Assembly: GCA_032718475.1 (NCBI GenBank)
Contig: JAUCBJ010007442.1
Location: forward strand, 1 to 64,000
From: Nemertoderma westbladi
Taxonomy: Eukaryota; Animalia; Xenacoelomorpha
Direction of reading: 5' to 3'
Length of the DNA stretch: 64,000 nt
In this document: in pieces, positions 62,746 to 64,000 of the stretch
How positions within the stretch are numbered: the first letter of the stretch is position 1
Layout of the letters: each line of letters begins with the position of its first letter
Notes under the pieces: model-generated
The model's database searches: none
The model's input: only the letters and a program-made list of their open reading frames with translations
Told to the model about the DNA's origin: nothing
Program-made: the position numbers and the translations under genes

Positions 62746-64000
62746 TGGTACAATATGGGTCCAAGGAGGCTCCTCTGTGGTAGTTCAACAGGGATCCAAG
62801 GAGGCTCCCCTGTGCTGGTACAACAGGGGTCCAAGGAGGCTCCCCTGTGGTGGTACAACAGGGGTCCAAGGAGGCTCCCCTGTGGTGGTACAATAGGGGT
62901 CCAAGGGGACTGCCCTGTGGTGGTACAACGGGGGTCCAAGGAGGCTCGCTCCCCTGTGGTGGTACAACAGGGGTCCAAGGAGGCTCCCCTGTGGTGGTAC
63001 AACAGGGGTCCAAGGAGGCTCCCCTGTGGTGGTACAATAGGGGTCCAAGGGGACTGCCCTGTGGTGGTACAACGGGGGTCCAAGGAGACTCCCCTGTGGT
63101 GGTACAACAGGGGTCCAAGGAGGCTCCCCTGTGGTGGTACAATAGTGGTCCAAGGGGACTGCCCTGTGGTGGTACAACGGGGGTCCAAGGAGGCTCCCCT
63201 TTGGTGGTACAACAGGGGTCCAAGGAGGCTCCCCTGTGGTGGTACAACAGGGGTCCAAGGAGGCTCCCCTGTGGTGGTACAACAGGGGTCCAAGGAGGCT
63301 CCCCTGTGGTGGTACAACGGGGGTCCAAGGAGGCTCCCCTGTGGTGGTACAACAGGGGTCCAAGGAGGCTCCCCTGTGGTGGTACAACAGGGGTCCAAGG
63401 AGGCTCCCCTGTGGTGGTACAACAGGGGTCCAAGGAGGCTCCCCTGTGATGGTACAACAGGGGTCCAAGGAGGCTCCCCTGTGGTGGTACAACAGGGGTC
63501 CAAGGAGGCTCCCCTGTGGTGGTACAACAGGGGTCCAAGGAGGCTCCCCTGTGGTGGTACAATAGGGGTCCAAGGAGGCTCCCCTGTGGTGGTACAACAG
63601 GGGTCCAAGGAGGCTCCCCTGTGGTGGTACAATAGGGGTCCAAGGAGGCTGCCCTGTGGTGGTACAACAGGGGTCCAAGGGGGTTCCCCTGTGGTGGTAC
63701 AACAGGGGACCAAGGACGCTCCCCTGTGGTAGTACAACAGGGGTCCAAGGAGGCTCCCCTGCGGTGGTACAACAGGGGTCCAAGGAGGCTCCCCTGTGGT
63801 GGTACAACAGGGGTCCAAGGAGGCTCCCCTGTGGTGGTACAACAGGGGTCCAAGGAGGCTCCCCTGTGGTGGTACAACAGGGGTCCAAGGAGGCTCCCCT
63901 GTGGTGGTACAACAGGGGTCCAAGGAGGCTCCCCTGTGGTGGTACAACAGGGGTCCAAGGAGGCTCCCCTGTGGTGGTACAACAGGGGTCCAAGGAGGCT
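62712..64000. repeat. 35-bp GC-rich minisatellite derived from the RT QG motif (about 37 copies; runs off the right edge)
   Basis: Unit GGGGTCCAAGGAGGCTCCCCTGTGGTGGTACAACA; its reverse complement reads V-P-P-Q-G-S-L-L-G-P-L-L-Y. Confidence 0.96.

Noticed and set aside
62631-63993. 330-438 aa Pro/Cys/Gly-rich ORFs on both strands
   Set aside because: Artefacts of a stop-free 35-bp repeat; only the terminal RT-derived part reflects former coding sequence.

Overview
Repeat-rich eukaryotic (metazoan, probably invertebrate) genomic DNA; the spliceosomal introns, the MTA and adhesion-GPCR genes and the animal transposon families argue against a prokaryotic origin. Contents from left to right: (1) a ~9.5 kb 41-bp satellite whose variation is confined to one 3-nt site; (2) a decayed adhesion-GPCR paralog next to a 5'-truncated RTE LINE; (3) an intact, single-exon LRR-HRM-GAIN-7TM adhesion GPCR (minus strand); (4) an ~18 kb palindromic 32/56-bp satellite carrying a tiny RTE 3' end, an endonuclease-only (RT-deleted) RTE, and two apparently identical copies of an RT-only non-LTR element produced by a 5,083-bp tandem duplication; (5) a LINE 3'-UTR remnant, a MITE, and a Kolobok-type transposase pseudogene with a Helitron-like insert in its intron; (6) a 15.7 kb BEL/Pao LTR retrotransposon with an in-frame TGA between gag and protease, mismatched flanks and no obvious PBS; (7) two coding exons of an MTA1/2/3-family gene, whose next intron holds a piggyBac-like MITE with a nested RTE, several minisatellites, and a 35-bp minisatellite amplified from the conserved VPQGSxLGP motif of a LINE reverse transcriptase. 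All coordinates and alignments were read by eye; no searches were run.
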